From Candidatus Krumholzibacteriia bacterium (GTDB taxonomy: Bacteria; Krumholzibacteriota; Krumholzibacteriia; Krumholzibacteriales; Krumholzibacteriaceae), in assembly GCA_963836185.1 (NCBI GenBank), contig CAWIIQ010000001.1, positions 960,001-1,024,000 of the forward strand: a stretch of DNA of 64,000 bases. The letters are read 5' to 3'. The translations under genes and the position numbers were made by a program. Below, piece by piece: positions 20,394 to 30,548 of the stretch (position 1 is its first letter; every line of letters starts with the position of its first letter). The notes below the pieces were generated by a model. It did not search any database. It was given only the letters and a program-made list of their open reading frames with translations, and was not told where the DNA came from.

Positions 20394-20603
20394 TTGCCCG
20401 AACGAGGCATGGTCAAGTGGTTCAACGAGAACAGAGGCTACGGATTCATCCGCCGTGAGACCGGGGGGAACGAGGTCTATGTTCACTACTCGGGCATCGC
20501 GGGGGAAGGGTTCAGAACACTCAGTGAAGGAGAGCTCGTCGAGTTCGACCTGAGCGAGGGTGAACGGGGCCTCGAGGCGAGGAACGTGAGAAAGATAGAA
20601 TAG
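20394..20603 (+). CDS. Cold-shock protein
   Basis: VKWFN..RGYGFI, VYVHYS and GFRTL.EG; GGAGG RBS before a TTG start. Confidence 0.95.
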   Translation: MPERGMVKWFNENRGYGFIRRETGGNEVYVHYSGIAGEGFRTLSEGELVEFDLSEGERGLEARNVRKIE

Positions 20604-20636
20604 AAAAGGGGCCCGGAGGATTCCAGGCCCCTCTTG
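20604..20636. terminator. Hairpin terminator between convergent genes
   Basis: AAAAGGGGCC-CGGA-GGAT-TCCA-GGCCCCTCTT. Confidence 0.65.
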
Positions 20637-20672
20637 AAATTATAAGCCACGACCTGAAGGTCGCGGCAGATG

Positions 20673-22049
20673 TTACTTCGCTTCGGCGTGAAAACGCTTG
20701 AGATTGCGCTTCGCCTTCTCATTGGACGGATCGATGTCGAGCGCCTTCTGCCAGGCGTCGATAGCGTCCTCCAGACGATCGAGCTTGTAATACGCGTTTC
20801 CGAGGTTGGTGTATGCCGAGCCGCTGTCCTTCGACCGGCCGATCGCCTCGTTGTACATCTCGATCGCTTCGGTATACGATCCCATCCTGTAGAAGACATA
20901 CCCGAGATTGTTGTAGGTAGCGGAGAGATCGGGATTGAGTTCGATCGCCTTCTTGAATGCCTCCGTCGCTTTTTCTTCATCGTTCATCTCGGTGTAGGTC
21001 AGCCCGAGGTTGTTGTACCCTTCGGTGAATTCGTCGTCTGACTCTATTGCTTTTTTGAACAGGTCGAGGGCCTTCTCATACTGGCCGTTGTGATACGACA
21101 TGACGCCCGCGTTGTTGAGCTTCTTCGCTTCGGCTGTCTTGCGCCTGAGTTCCTCTTCCTCGAGTGTCTTCTTCTGGTTCTCGACGACCTCCATGATCTC
21201 GTTGTTGTTCTGTGAGACCTCCTGGGCAAGCCGCCTGTTCTCCTCGAGATCGCGCTCTATCCTGTTGATGCTTTCGTCGAGGGATCCCTTCCAGTTAGAG
21301 ACCTCGTTGCGGAAATTCTCGATACTGCCGCTGCTTTCGCTCAACCTCGTGTCGAGGTCCTCGCTTCTCTCGGCAAGTGTGTCGGAAAGCGACTCGACGA
21401 TCAGCTTGTTGTCCTCGTTGACCGAAGTGATCAGCTCTTTTATCTCGGCGAGGTCTTTGATGAAGATCTCTTTGAGCATGCCGGCGGACTCCGACGTCTT
21501 TTCCTCGAGCTCCTTGAAAAGTCCGAGGAAATCGCCGGTACTTCTCTGCTGGAAGTCCCATGATTTTTCCAGATCGCCGCGGATCGCTCCGAGTTTCTCA
21601 TCGAATCTTTCCTCGGCATCGCGGGCTTCCTTCGACTGGCTTTCGGCTGTTCCGGAATTGCTTCTGAGCAGTATATCTATACCGCATTCGCCTTTTTCAT
21701 CATCATGGAAACGGCACTGTCCGCCGAGACACCGGACCTCGCCGCTTGTCGATCTCGCCGTATACCTGACAGGCCTGCCGGAAACTTTATCTCCGCGTTC
21801 CTTCTGGTGAGTATCTTCGGAGGATTCCTTTTCACCGGCCTCTTCATCGCTGGAGTCCTCGGTGCCGGGATTCATGAAGATTTCGTCGTCATCCTCTTCT
21901 TCGGTCTCTTCATCCCCTTCATATTCATCCATATCCTCATCGTGGAGATCGGTGTCGTCAGATTCACCGAGGAGGATGACGTCGCGGGGTTCTTCGAGGA
22001 TCGATACCTGTGTGATCAACGGACAGATCTTCATGGTCTTTCCTTTCAC
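20673..22049 (-). CDS. TPR protein with a Cys motif, acidic tract and coiled coil
   Basis: C-terminal TPRs (YNNLG, YTNLG). Start is GTG 22049 (coupled to the upstream stop) or ATG 22034. Confidence 0.88.
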   Translation of the reverse strand: MKGKTMKICPLITQVSILEEPRDVILLGESDDTDLHDEDMDEYEGDEETEEEDDDEIFMNPGTEDSSDEEAGEKESSEDTHQKERGDKVSGRPVRYTARSTSGEVRCLGGQCRFHDDEKGECGIDILLRSNSGTAESQSKEARDAEERFDEKLGAIRGDLEKSWDFQQRSTGDFLGLFKELEEKTSESAGMLKEIFIKDLAEIKELITSVNEDNKLIVESLSDTLAERSEDLDTRLSESSGSIENFRNEVSNWKGSLDESINRIERDLEENRRLAQEVSQNNNEIMEVVENQKKTLEEEELRRKTAEAKKLNNAGVMSYHNGQYEKALDLFKKAIESDDEFTEGYNNLGLTYTEMNDEEKATEAFKKAIELNPDLSATYNNLGYVFYRMGSYTEAIEMYNEAIGRSKDSGSAYTNLGNAYYKLDRLEDAIDAWQKALDIDPSNEKAKRNLKRFHAEAK

Positions 22050-25000
22050 TTTTCCGGGTCGAGGTCACCGGTCACTGTCAGCAGGCCGGCATTTTCTTCA
22101 AACTGCGAGGTGATATACCTTGTATAGGCGCTCTGCGCCCTTTCCGCTGTGTCGAGGTATTCGCTTCGGATCCCGAGGATCCTGGAGAAAGCGGCGGCGG
22201 CCATCCCGTGATCGCCGAGCATTCCTCTCGCAGTGCCTTCTATATATAGGAGTTCGATCACAGAATCTTCGTCGAGGTCTTCTCTCGGTACTGAAGCGGC
22301 TACAGCAAGGGCGCTCAGCACCCTGCCCGAGGCCATGTGAAGCCTCGAGAGAAGCGCCTTTCTCCTGAGCGGCTCAATTGCGCCGGCGTCGATCATCATG
22401 CCGGCCGACCTGAGGTCTCCCGTCTCGATCGCTGTGAGTACGAGTTTCTCTGTTTCCGCAGAGTCAGTTTCTCCCGCTGATATCTTCGCGAGCCCCGCGC
22501 GTATCTCTCTTGCCTTCCAGGATGTCCATGCCTTCTCTACCCTGAGGAGTATTCCATGCCTGTCGCCGGAGCTTTCGAGGACCTCACGGAAACAACCGGC
22601 AGCCCTCTCTTCCATCCCCGCTCCCTCCAGTATTCCGCCCATCGTTATCAGCAGGTCGATCGCGGCATCGCCGCCGAGAGAATCGATTCCTTCCCTGAGG
22701 ATCGATTCGGCCCCTTTCGTGTCTCCGCCGCCGACAAGCAGTTGGGAAGCGAATTCGTAGTACTCTTTCTTCGGCTCTGAATCCATGAGATGTTTGAGCC
22801 GGTCCATCAACCTCGCCCGCGCGGGCTTCGTTCCCGTTTCGATGTCTTCCAGTATCGAAAAAGCGGAGTCAGTTTCGTTCGAGGCGATGCAGCAGTCGGC
22901 TTCGAGAAGCCGTCCGCGAGAGACATATTTCTTCGACCATACGATGTTGAGCGTCTCATCGAGGATAGCCCGGGCGAATGAATCGTCTGCGGCCAGTGCC
23001 TTTTCGAGGTCATCGAGGCTCTTTTTCTGGCTGCCAGATCTGCCTCTCAGGCCTCCGAGTGGTACGAGCAGTCTCGGTTCTTCCCCGTATTTTTCAAGGA
23101 AGGGCTCGATCGTTTCGATCAGTTTTTCTTCCGCGGCATGATCCGCAGCCGCGATGCGCAACAGAGCGTCGACGGCCCTGACATCGTCTCCGGCAGCGGA
23201 AAGAATCGATGCGAGGAGCCTGTTGGCGGCGAGATGCCCCGGCTGTTTTTCCACGATCTCCTGCAGCACCGCGGAGGCTCCGGCCGAGATATTCCTGTCA
23301 TCTGCCGTGAGTTTCTCCAGGATGGCGGCAGACTCATCGTAATGCCCGGTGAGGGCGAGGTTTTTCGCGTAGATGAATGCCAGTTCCGCGTTGTCGGGCG
23401 TTCCGGCGGTCATCCTCTTCAGCGTTCTATTGAGAAGAGGAAGGGAATCCCGCGGACCTTTCAGCGCCGACTCGAGATATCTTTTTGCCTCGACGCGCCT
23501 GCTTCCCGCCCAGAGGATCTCTCCGAGGATCCTCGATATAAGCCATGGTTTTATACTTACCGGCAGCAGCTTCTCGAGCCGCTGTCCTACTCTTTCGAGA
23601 TACGCGGGGGAGAGGGCGATGCATCTTTCGAGCTCAGCGATCGCGCTTTCCTCCGATCCGAGCCTCAGCATCGTCTCGCCGAGCAGGTATCTCGCTTCCG
23701 CGTTCGAAGGCTCCAGCCTGATGATCTCCGCGAGCTCAGTCTTTACCGCGCCGAGATCTGTGCCGGAGGAAGTAAGTGTCATGGAAAGACACCTTAGAGC
23801 GTCCTCTGTATTTCCCTCAGTCGTGGAGATCCTCGCTCCGAAGATATGAAGGGCCGCCGACTCACTTTCGGGAAGAGCGACGACTGCCTTTTTAAGCAGC
23901 TCCCGGGCGAGGTCGAAATGACGTATCTTCATCGCCGACGCGAGCATCTCGTCCCATACCGTCCTGTTCGCCGGATCACGCTCGACAATCTTTTCAAAGC
24001 GCGGCACGATGTCCCGTATCTGTCCGGGATCGGTCTCCATCGCCCTGCCCAGGTGCCTGGCCGCGGAGGCATTCCTTTCATCCTCGAAACAGATCTGATA
24101 GAGAGCAAGATGCAGCATCGTGTTGTCCGGATTCTCTTCAGCCGCTTCTTCATATAGGTCCGTAACGGATGAACGAAGCGAATCGTCGAACATCATCAGC
24201 TGGTCAAACTCGAATACAGCTCTCTCTATCTGGCCGCTCTTCATGTGAGCTTTCGCCCTCAGGAACCTCATCGAGCGGTCAAGATCCTCCTGCGCCGCGA
24301 AAAGTTCGCAGAATTCGGCCAGCGCGGGCCATGTGCCCGGACCTCTTTCGGCGACTTCGGCTATCTTCTCGGCCAGCAGGCCGTGCGAGTCGGGATTTTC
24401 ACGATAGAATTCAAGAGTGTATGGAAGCGCCTCGGCGACGCTCGAGTTCCTGATCCCGAGCTCGATCGCCGAGATCACTCCGTCGAGACTTACGCCGCAG
24501 TGCCGGAAAACCTCGCCGGAAAGCCGCAGCAGTTCATCCTTCTCGAGCGTATCCTGGGATTCCATCTCCCTGATCAGCTCGGATGCTCTCTCCTCGTTAC
24601 CTCCGCGGGCGTATAGTTCCGCGAGGATCGACTGCAGCGGTGTCTTGTCCTCAAATCCGGCATCGAGAGCGATCTTTATCAGGTCGATGATCGATGGAAT
24701 GCGCGACGGGTCCATCTCTGCCGCTATGCCGAACGCGGCCGCTGCCGGTTCGCCATTACCAAGATGCAGGTTTATTCTCGCGAGCAGTTCCTGCCCCGGC
24801 GAGCTGCCTGATACAGCTTCGTTTCCGGCGATCCAGCCGGCAAGGCTGGCGGCCGAATCGTGATGGTCCGCGAAATATTTCTTGAGACGCTCCACCGCCT
24901 CCTTGACCTTTCCCGTCACCGCGGAGATCTCGCAGTAGAGCATGGTTACATCAATATCGTCGAAACGGGCGGGTGGGATCTTTTCCAGCCTCTCGAGAGC

Positions 25001-25940
25001 GAACTTCTGCCTGTCTACCTGCTCGGGAAAGAGCTGGTTGATGTCACCAGGTGTATCCTTCCGGTCCCATCCTCCGTCATCCGCGTCGAGATAGTTTCTT
25101 ATCTTGGCCGTTCCCTCCGGTCCCATGCCGGCCGCGATGAGGGCCTCACCCTGCATCATCAACCAGTTCCGGGACCTGGTCTCTTCGACCTCGAGGATCT
25201 TCAGTATCTCTGTAGCCGGAGGATCATCGAGCTCGAGCGCCCTGAAGAACCTCGATTCGGCCTTCTCGGGATGTGACAGCAGTATCGATGCTATCCCGAG
25301 GTAGTATTGGATCCGTGAGCTGTCGGAACATTCCCTCTCCGCTTCGAGCAGCGCGGCACCGATGATCTGTGCTTCGTCGGGCAGGCTTTTCATCGCCCTG
25401 CCGAGAGGTTCGGCGGCATCGGACCATCGTTTTGCCTCGAGATAGAGGAGGCCGAGAAGGATCTCGTTCTCCGTATAGACGGCTGACTTCTTGTTTCCGC
25501 TTTCCTCGAATCCCTTTGACCTTGTCCTGGAACGCTTGATCATCCCCTCGACATACGACTTGGGCCCCATCCTCATCGTGTAACGGGCCGAATCGAAATC
25601 TCTGCTCCTGATGAGGAATTCGATGACGAAGCTCGCGAGAAATGGATTGAACGATTCATGAAGTGCTCTCGCGGGCTATCGATATGAGTTGCTGACGGGA
25701 TTTCGGGTGGCGCCTGATCGTGTTCTTCATCAGGGAGACGGCTTCCTTGAGGTCGGAGATGTCGAGACAGAGCTGTATCGCCTCCATCGCGATCTCGAAA
25801 TCATTCGGCCACTTCTCCAGTGCGCTCAGTGCTTTCTCCAGGGCCCTTTTCCGATCGCCGCGCAGCCTTTCCTGTACGACCCTCTTGAGCGCTTTCTCCT
25901 GTGTAAGAAACACGGCGTGCTTCCGCCTTTCATCGTCCAT
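22046..25940 (-). CDS. Giant TPR protein (~1300 aa), interrupted by a +1 frameshift near 25667
   Basis: ORF 25656..25982 (start MDDERRK at 25940) joins ORF 22046..25576 after removing one base: IARE-ALHESFNPFLASFVIEFLIRSRDFDSARYT-MRMGPK. Confidence 0.82.
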
Positions 25941-25981
25941 GTATCGTTTTCTCGAAAATCGACCAGCTTTCAAGTGCTTCA

Positions 25982-25997
25982 TGCGAAATGTGTACCA
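25982..25997 (-). promoter_or_regulatory. Sigma-54-like promoter of the TPR operon
   Basis: Minus strand TGGTACACATTTCGCA (GG-N10-GC), about 43 bp upstream of ATG 25940. Confidence 0.55.
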
Positions 25998-26176
25998 TCC
26001 GGGATATTTTTTCCGGGCGTTCTGGCCGCTGGTTTTAACCGTTGATATAGCGGGGAGTTAGGTGTACATTTACGGGCGCCTGCCAGCCGCGGGAGGCGGT
26101 TTCATTCGCATTATGCATAAGCGGCTTGCAGATAAAGGGTTACATATCTTGATCCTGCAGGGAGCGTCCGGGGACT

Positions 26177-26557
26177 ATGACTGGAAAATGGACCATTTCG
26201 ACAGAGATAGAGTTCTCGTCTTCTCACTGTCTCGACAGGTACGACGGGATGTGCTCGAGAGTGCATGGGCACAACTGGGTGCTCCGGGTCTACTATGAAT
26301 TCGAGGTGATCGACGACCGGGGGCTGACCGTCGATTATTTCGATCTCAAGGCGGGTCTCGAGAGAGTCATCCTGCCCAGATTCGATCATATTCATCTAAA
26401 CGACATCCCGCCGTTCGACAGTGTCAGCCCGACTTCGGAGAACCTCGCTGTAGAGATATTCAGGATATGCTCGGGCGAGCTGGAATTCGATGGAGGAAAA
26501 CTGAAAAAAGTAGAACTCTGGGAAACGCCGAAGGACATGGTGAGTTATGCCGAATAA
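26177..26557 (+). CDS. queD: 6-carboxy-5,6,7,8-tetrahydropterin synthase
   Basis: FSSSH, CSRVHGHNW, DH..LN, PTSENLA and ELWET. Confidence 0.93.
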   Translation: MTGKWTISTEIEFSSSHCLDRYDGMCSRVHGHNWVLRVYYEFEVIDDRGLTVDYFDLKAGLERVILPRFDHIHLNDIPPFDSVSPTSENLAVEIFRICSGELEFDGGKLKKVELWETPKDMVSYAE

Positions 26558-27254
26558 GATACCGGGAGAAAAGGAATCAGCGGTAGCTCTGTTGTCGGGT
26601 GGACTGGATTCAGCAGTATCGCTGGCGATCGCCGCCGGCGAGTACGATGTGGGCCTCTCGCTCTTTTTCGATTACGGGCAGATACCGGCGAAGAAGGAGG
26701 AGGAATCCTCCAGGGCTTTCGCCGGGCGTTACGGAACGGAGTTCGAGAAGGTCGAATTTCAGTGGCTGGGACATATATCGACATCCACGATGACGCCGGG
26801 AGGGGAAGACACTCCGGACTATCCCGTCGAGGGGCATCCCGATGATCAGGCCCGCGTTTCGAGAGCGGTATGGGTCGAGAACCGGAACGGGATCTTCATC
26901 AACGTCGCGGCGGCCTATGCCGTTGCCCGCGGCGCGACTGTCATCATAACGGGATTCAACAGCGAGGAGGCAGGCGCGTTTCCGGACAACAGCGGCCAGT
27001 TCGTCGACGCGGTAAACGCGGCGCTGGCGATAAGCGCGGGGGCGCCGGTCAGGGTGGAGAGCCCGACGCTGGATATGCGGAAAAAGGAAGTCGTCGAGAG
27101 GGGGCTGGAGCTCGACCTGCCGTGGGAACACATCTGGTCATGCTACCGCGGCGGTGAGAGGATGTGCGGGAGATGTGAATCCTGCGCCAGGCTCAAGAAA
27201 GCGGTAGGAGGGACGCACGCACGCGCGTCGATCTTTTTCGAGGATGACCGGTGA
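26547..27254 (+). CDS. queC: 7-cyano-7-deazaguanine synthase
   Basis: LLSGGLDS, DYGQ, WVENRN, FPD and SCY...CGRCESC. Confidence 0.95.
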   Translation: MPNKIPGEKESAVALLSGGLDSAVSLAIAAGEYDVGLSLFFDYGQIPAKKEEESSRAFAGRYGTEFEKVEFQWLGHISTSTMTPGGEDTPDYPVEGHPDDQARVSRAVWVENRNGIFINVAAAYAVARGATVIITGFNSEEAGAFPDNSGQFVDAVNAALAISAGAPVRVESPTLDMRKKEVVERGLELDLPWEHIWSCYRGGERMCGRCESCARLKKAVGGTHARASIFFEDDR

Positions 27255-27295
27255 TCCGGCGATGCCGGTGACCATGCAGCATGCCGTGACAGAAG

Positions 27296-27868
27296 GTGGA
27301 TGATCTCATGCTTGATACGAAATTGCTCGAGGAACGGATCGACTATACCGGCGATCAGCTGCGCAGCCATTTTGTGAGAGAAAAAGCGGGCATCACCGCC
27401 GATGGCGTCGTGGCGTTCAAGGGAGCGTGCGCCGTGACGGGTCCGCGCCTGGTAGACCTCGAGGATGCCGAACAGCACAGCAGCATCATCGCCGAGGAGA
27501 TGCTTCATTTTATCGGGGAGCATTTCGAGTGCACCCTCCGGGAGGCCAACTACAGGCTTCGGCTCTTTGTGAGCATCGTCGGTGAGTTCATCAGGGAACT
27601 CGCTCCAGGCCTGGTCCTCACGAGGGACGGCGACGATCTCTACATCGCCGAAAGAAAACTCACCGTCGCGATCGCGACGGTCACCCCGGTATCGACTGTC
27701 TTTCACTGCGGAGTCAATATCGATCCGCAGGGCGCTCCGGTCCCGGCCGTCGGGCTCGGAGAGATCGGCGTGGACGAGGAGAAGTTCACCCTGGCTGTCC
27801 TGGAGCGGTACAGGAATGAGTGCCTCTCGATCGACAAGGCGATCCGCAAGGTCAGGGGTGTTGAATGA
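27296..27868 (+). CDS. DUF366 family protein
   Basis: IDYTG.QL, VDLED, MLHFI.EHF, R.GDDLY...KL.V.IAT, H.GVNI and C-terminal KVR, recognised as DUF366. Start may be ATG 27308. Confidence 0.85.
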   Translation: MDDLMLDTKLLEERIDYTGDQLRSHFVREKAGITADGVVAFKGACAVTGPRLVDLEDAEQHSSIIAEEMLHFIGEHFECTLREANYRLRLFVSIVGEFIRELAPGLVLTRDGDDLYIAERKLTVAIATVTPVSTVFHCGVNIDPQGAPVPAVGLGEIGVDEEKFTLAVLERYRNECLSIDKAIRKVRGVE

Positions 27869-28602
27869 TGGAGGGCTGGCTGCATGAGATATTCCGGTCG
27901 GTCCAGGGCGAGGGGATCTATACCGGTGTGATGCAGGTCTTCGTGCGGTTTTCAGGCTGCGGCCTCGCTTGTTCTTACTGCGATTCCGGAGCATCGAAAG
28001 AAAGATCCGAAAGTTGCGCGTTCAGGATGCCCGGTGGTGATATCGAGCTGGAAAATCCTCTCAGTCCGGAGGCCGCCGCCACCCTGACACTTTCTCTCGC
28101 CGCGATGCCCGGCACTCATTCGATAAGTATAACGGGCGGTGAACCTCTCGAGCAGCCCGGGTTCCTCAGGGAGTTTCTGGAGCTGGCTCGAAGGGGCGGG
28201 CTGCCTCTTTATCTCGAGACAAACGGCCTGGATACCGCCGGGCTCGAGTCGGTCCTGGATCTTGTCGATATTATCTCACTCGACATCAAGCTGCCTTCAC
28301 TCTGCGGAGGGGACGACATATTTCCCGCATACAGGGAGACGCTGAGCGCCGCGTCCGATAAGGACCTCTTCTGCAAGATAGTAGTCCCGGGCGAGACTGA
28401 CATCGATGAGTTCGCTGAGGCGGTACGTCTGATAGCGGAGATCGATTCGGGGATACCGCTCGTCATCCAGCCGGCGACTCCTGTCGGCGCCAGCATTCCG
28501 CCCGCTCCTCAGGAGCTTCTCGACATGGCTGCCCTGGCGGCGCCGCTGCTCTCGGACGTCAGGATCATCCCGCAGTGCCACCTCATGCTCGGGCTTCCCT
28601 GA
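27865..28602 (+). CDS. queE: 7-carboxy-7-deazaguanine synthase (radical SAM)
   Basis: EIFRSVQGEG, FVRF.GC.L.C.YCD, TGGEP, ETNG and PQ.H. Confidence 0.95.
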   Translation: MMEGWLHEIFRSVQGEGIYTGVMQVFVRFSGCGLACSYCDSGASKERSESCAFRMPGGDIELENPLSPEAAATLTLSLAAMPGTHSISITGGEPLEQPGFLREFLELARRGGLPLYLETNGLDTAGLESVLDLVDIISLDIKLPSLCGGDDIFPAYRETLSAASDKDLFCKIVVPGETDIDEFAEAVRLIAEIDSGIPLVIQPATPVGASIPPAPQELLDMAALAAPLLSDVRIIPQCHLMLGLP

Positions 28603-28642
28603 CGGTCGCGACAGGGGACCGCATCCGCTTATGATCTGCCTG

Positions 28643-28739
28643 AAATAAAAATAACGCCGGGAAGGCGTAAATAAAAGGTGCTGCGAGATGATACGATGCA
28701 GGGTCGGGTTCGTGAAGGCGGCGACCACCTCGCAGCGTT
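28643..28739 (-). ncRNA. Candidate sigma-54-dependent small RNA (~95 nt)
   Basis: The predicted +1 of the -24/-12 promoter coincides with a 13-bp stem, GCTGCGAGGTGGT/ATCATCTCGCAGC, whose G-U pairs work only on the minus strand. It is followed by the terminator ACGCC-TTCCC-GGCGT-TATTTTTATTT. Confidence 0.5.
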
Positions 28740-28749
28740 GAGAACAGAC

Positions 28750-28766
28750 AGCAAGCCGCATACCAG
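28750..28766 (-). promoter_or_regulatory. Sigma-54 -24/-12 promoter with no downstream CDS
   Basis: Minus strand CTGGTATGCGGCTTGCT (GG-N10-GC). Confidence 0.6.
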
Positions 28767-29138
28767 AGCATTGCCAAAAAAGACCCGATGAGGCGTACGT
28801 CCTTTACCGGCAAGGGATTTCCTCAGAATACCGGCAAAAAACAGGTGTTTCTCCTCAGTCCCTGTGATTCCCCATCGTTTCCCCGGCCGGCAGGGGCATC
28901 GCGCTCCTCTCCTTGCCACTTGCACGCACCCGATGCAAAAGAGCAGGGAATACAGAGCCGTATCACCGCGGCACATCGTCGCCGTCAGGGTCCGGCAGAG
29001 CAAAATTAATCCATGTGTTCCATCTCTCTTTTCCCTTGACACGATATAACTTATAGGGTATCTGATTACTCATATAGAGCTCATGAGCAAACCATGTGGA
29101 GGGGCATGACTCCTGCTGCCCGGAAGGAGGAAGGGTAA

Positions 29139-29417
29139 ATGACTAAAGCGGAGATAGTGGAGAACATTGCCAGCAGGACGGGGCTTACAAAGAAAGAGGT
29201 CGCCGAGGCGGTGGACCAGTTTCTCGCGAGCATCTCGAAGGGACTGGCTGAAGGCAGACACTACGAAATCCGCGGGTTCGGTACCTTCAAGGTAAAGGAC
29301 CGCAAGGCGAGGATGGCCCGGAATCCCAGGACAGGCGAACCTGTACCGGTTCCCGACCGTAAGGTCCCGGTATTCAAGGTATCGAGAGAGCTCAAGGAGC
29401 TCGTCGCGCAGGCCTGA
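29139..29417 (+). CDS. HU/IHF family DNA-binding protein
   Basis: MTKAEIV, EIRGFGTF, RMARNPRTGE and P.FK. Confidence 0.96.
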   Translation: MTKAEIVENIASRTGLTKKEVAEAVDQFLASISKGLAEGRHYEIRGFGTFKVKDRKARMARNPRTGEPVPVPDRKVPVFKVSRELKELVAQA

Positions 29418-29516
29418 TCCTGACCGCCATGCCGCATCACGACCCGGCTCCGCCTCTCGGCGGAACGGCGGGATATTGTATCAAGTCATAGCTTAATCGA
29501 TTCCCGGGAGAGGAAT

Positions 29517-30548
29517 ATGAGCGATCGTATCGTCGATCTGAGAAGTGACACTGTGACCAGGCCGTCCGACGGAATGCGCCGTGCGATGGCGGGGGCCGAG
29601 GTCGGAGACGATGTTCTCGGCGATGATCCTACCGTGCAGATCCTCGAGGAGAGGATGGCTGCCCTTCTCGGAAAGGAAGCGGCCCTTTACGTACCTAGCG
29701 GTACGATGGCGAATCTCCTCGGGATCCTCACACAGACCTCTCCGGGCGACGAGATCATACTCGACCGCAACTGTCATATAATCAACTACGAGGCGGGAGG
29801 CGCGGCCGTTATAGGTGGAGTCCAGCTATATCCGCTCGACAGCCCCGATGGATTCCTGCCCGAGGAGATGCTCGAAGGGGCCGTCAGGCCCGATAACATC
29901 CACCATACGAACACTACTCTCGTGACGGTCGAGAATACACAGAACAGGGGCGGCGGCAGGATATACCCGGTCGAACGCCTCGAGGCTGTAGCTGGATTCG
30001 CGGCGGACTATGGGCTGAGGCTGCACATGGACGGGGCCCGGCTTGCCAACGCGGTGGTCGCGACGGGCATCTCGTTCGAGAAGTACGGCACCCTGGCTGA
30101 TTCGATAAATATCTGTTTTTCCAAGGGACTAGGCGCGCCGATCGGTTCGGTCCTGATATCAGACGCGGAAACAGTCAAGAAGGCAAGGGACTGGAGAAAG
30201 AGGCTGGGAGGCGCGATGCGGCAGGTGGGTATCCTCGCTGAGGCCTGCCTCTATGCCCTCGACAATAATGTCGAACGTCTCGCTGAAGATCATGTCCGTG
30301 CCGCACGGATCGGGCGGATAGTCGAGGATACACCGGGCATGGATCTCGTATTTCCGGTCGACACGAACATAGTGATATTCACCACGGGCGGCGCTGACTC
30401 GGTCGAGCTCGTTTCGAAGCTGGAGGACATGGGCATCCTTGCCCTGGCCATCGGCCCCGGCAGGGTCAGGATGGTCACCCATCTCGACATTTCCGACGAG
30501 GATATCGACTATTTTGAGGAGGCGTTTCCCGGGATAGCCGCTGGATGA
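29517..30548 (+). CDS. ltaE: Low-specificity L-threonine aldolase
   Basis: DLRSDTVT, GDDV, PSGTMAN, ENTQN, HMDGAR and CFSKGLGAP. Confidence 0.94.
   Translation: MSDRIVDLRSDTVTRPSDGMRRAMAGAEVGDDVLGDDPTVQILEERMAALLGKEAALYVPSGTMANLLGILTQTSPGDEIILDRNCHIINYEAGGAAVIGGVQLYPLDSPDGFLPEEMLEGAVRPDNIHHTNTTLVTVENTQNRGGGRIYPVERLEAVAGFAADYGLRLHMDGARLANAVVATGISFEKYGTLADSINICFSKGLGAPIGSVLISDAETVKKARDWRKRLGGAMRQVGILAEACLYALDNNVERLAEDHVRAARIGRIVEDTPGMDLVFPVDTNIVIFTTGGADSVELVSKLEDMGILALAIGPGRVRMVTHLDISDEDIDYFEEAFPGIAAG

Noticed and set aside
26062-26176. preQ1 riboswitch upstream of queD
   Set aside because: A small AGGGTTA/TGATCCT stem exists, but the conserved loop and A-rich tail of preQ1-I are missing
26177-28602. 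Dpd-type DNA 7-deazaguanine modification/defence island
   Set aside because: No dpdA/tgt-like or other dpd genes in the window, and the context is housekeeping
28297-29049. ORFs in the queE-HU gap (28297-28761, 28629-29042 and others)
   Set aside because: Atypical composition, no RBS or motifs; the region is better explained by promoters and a candidate RNA
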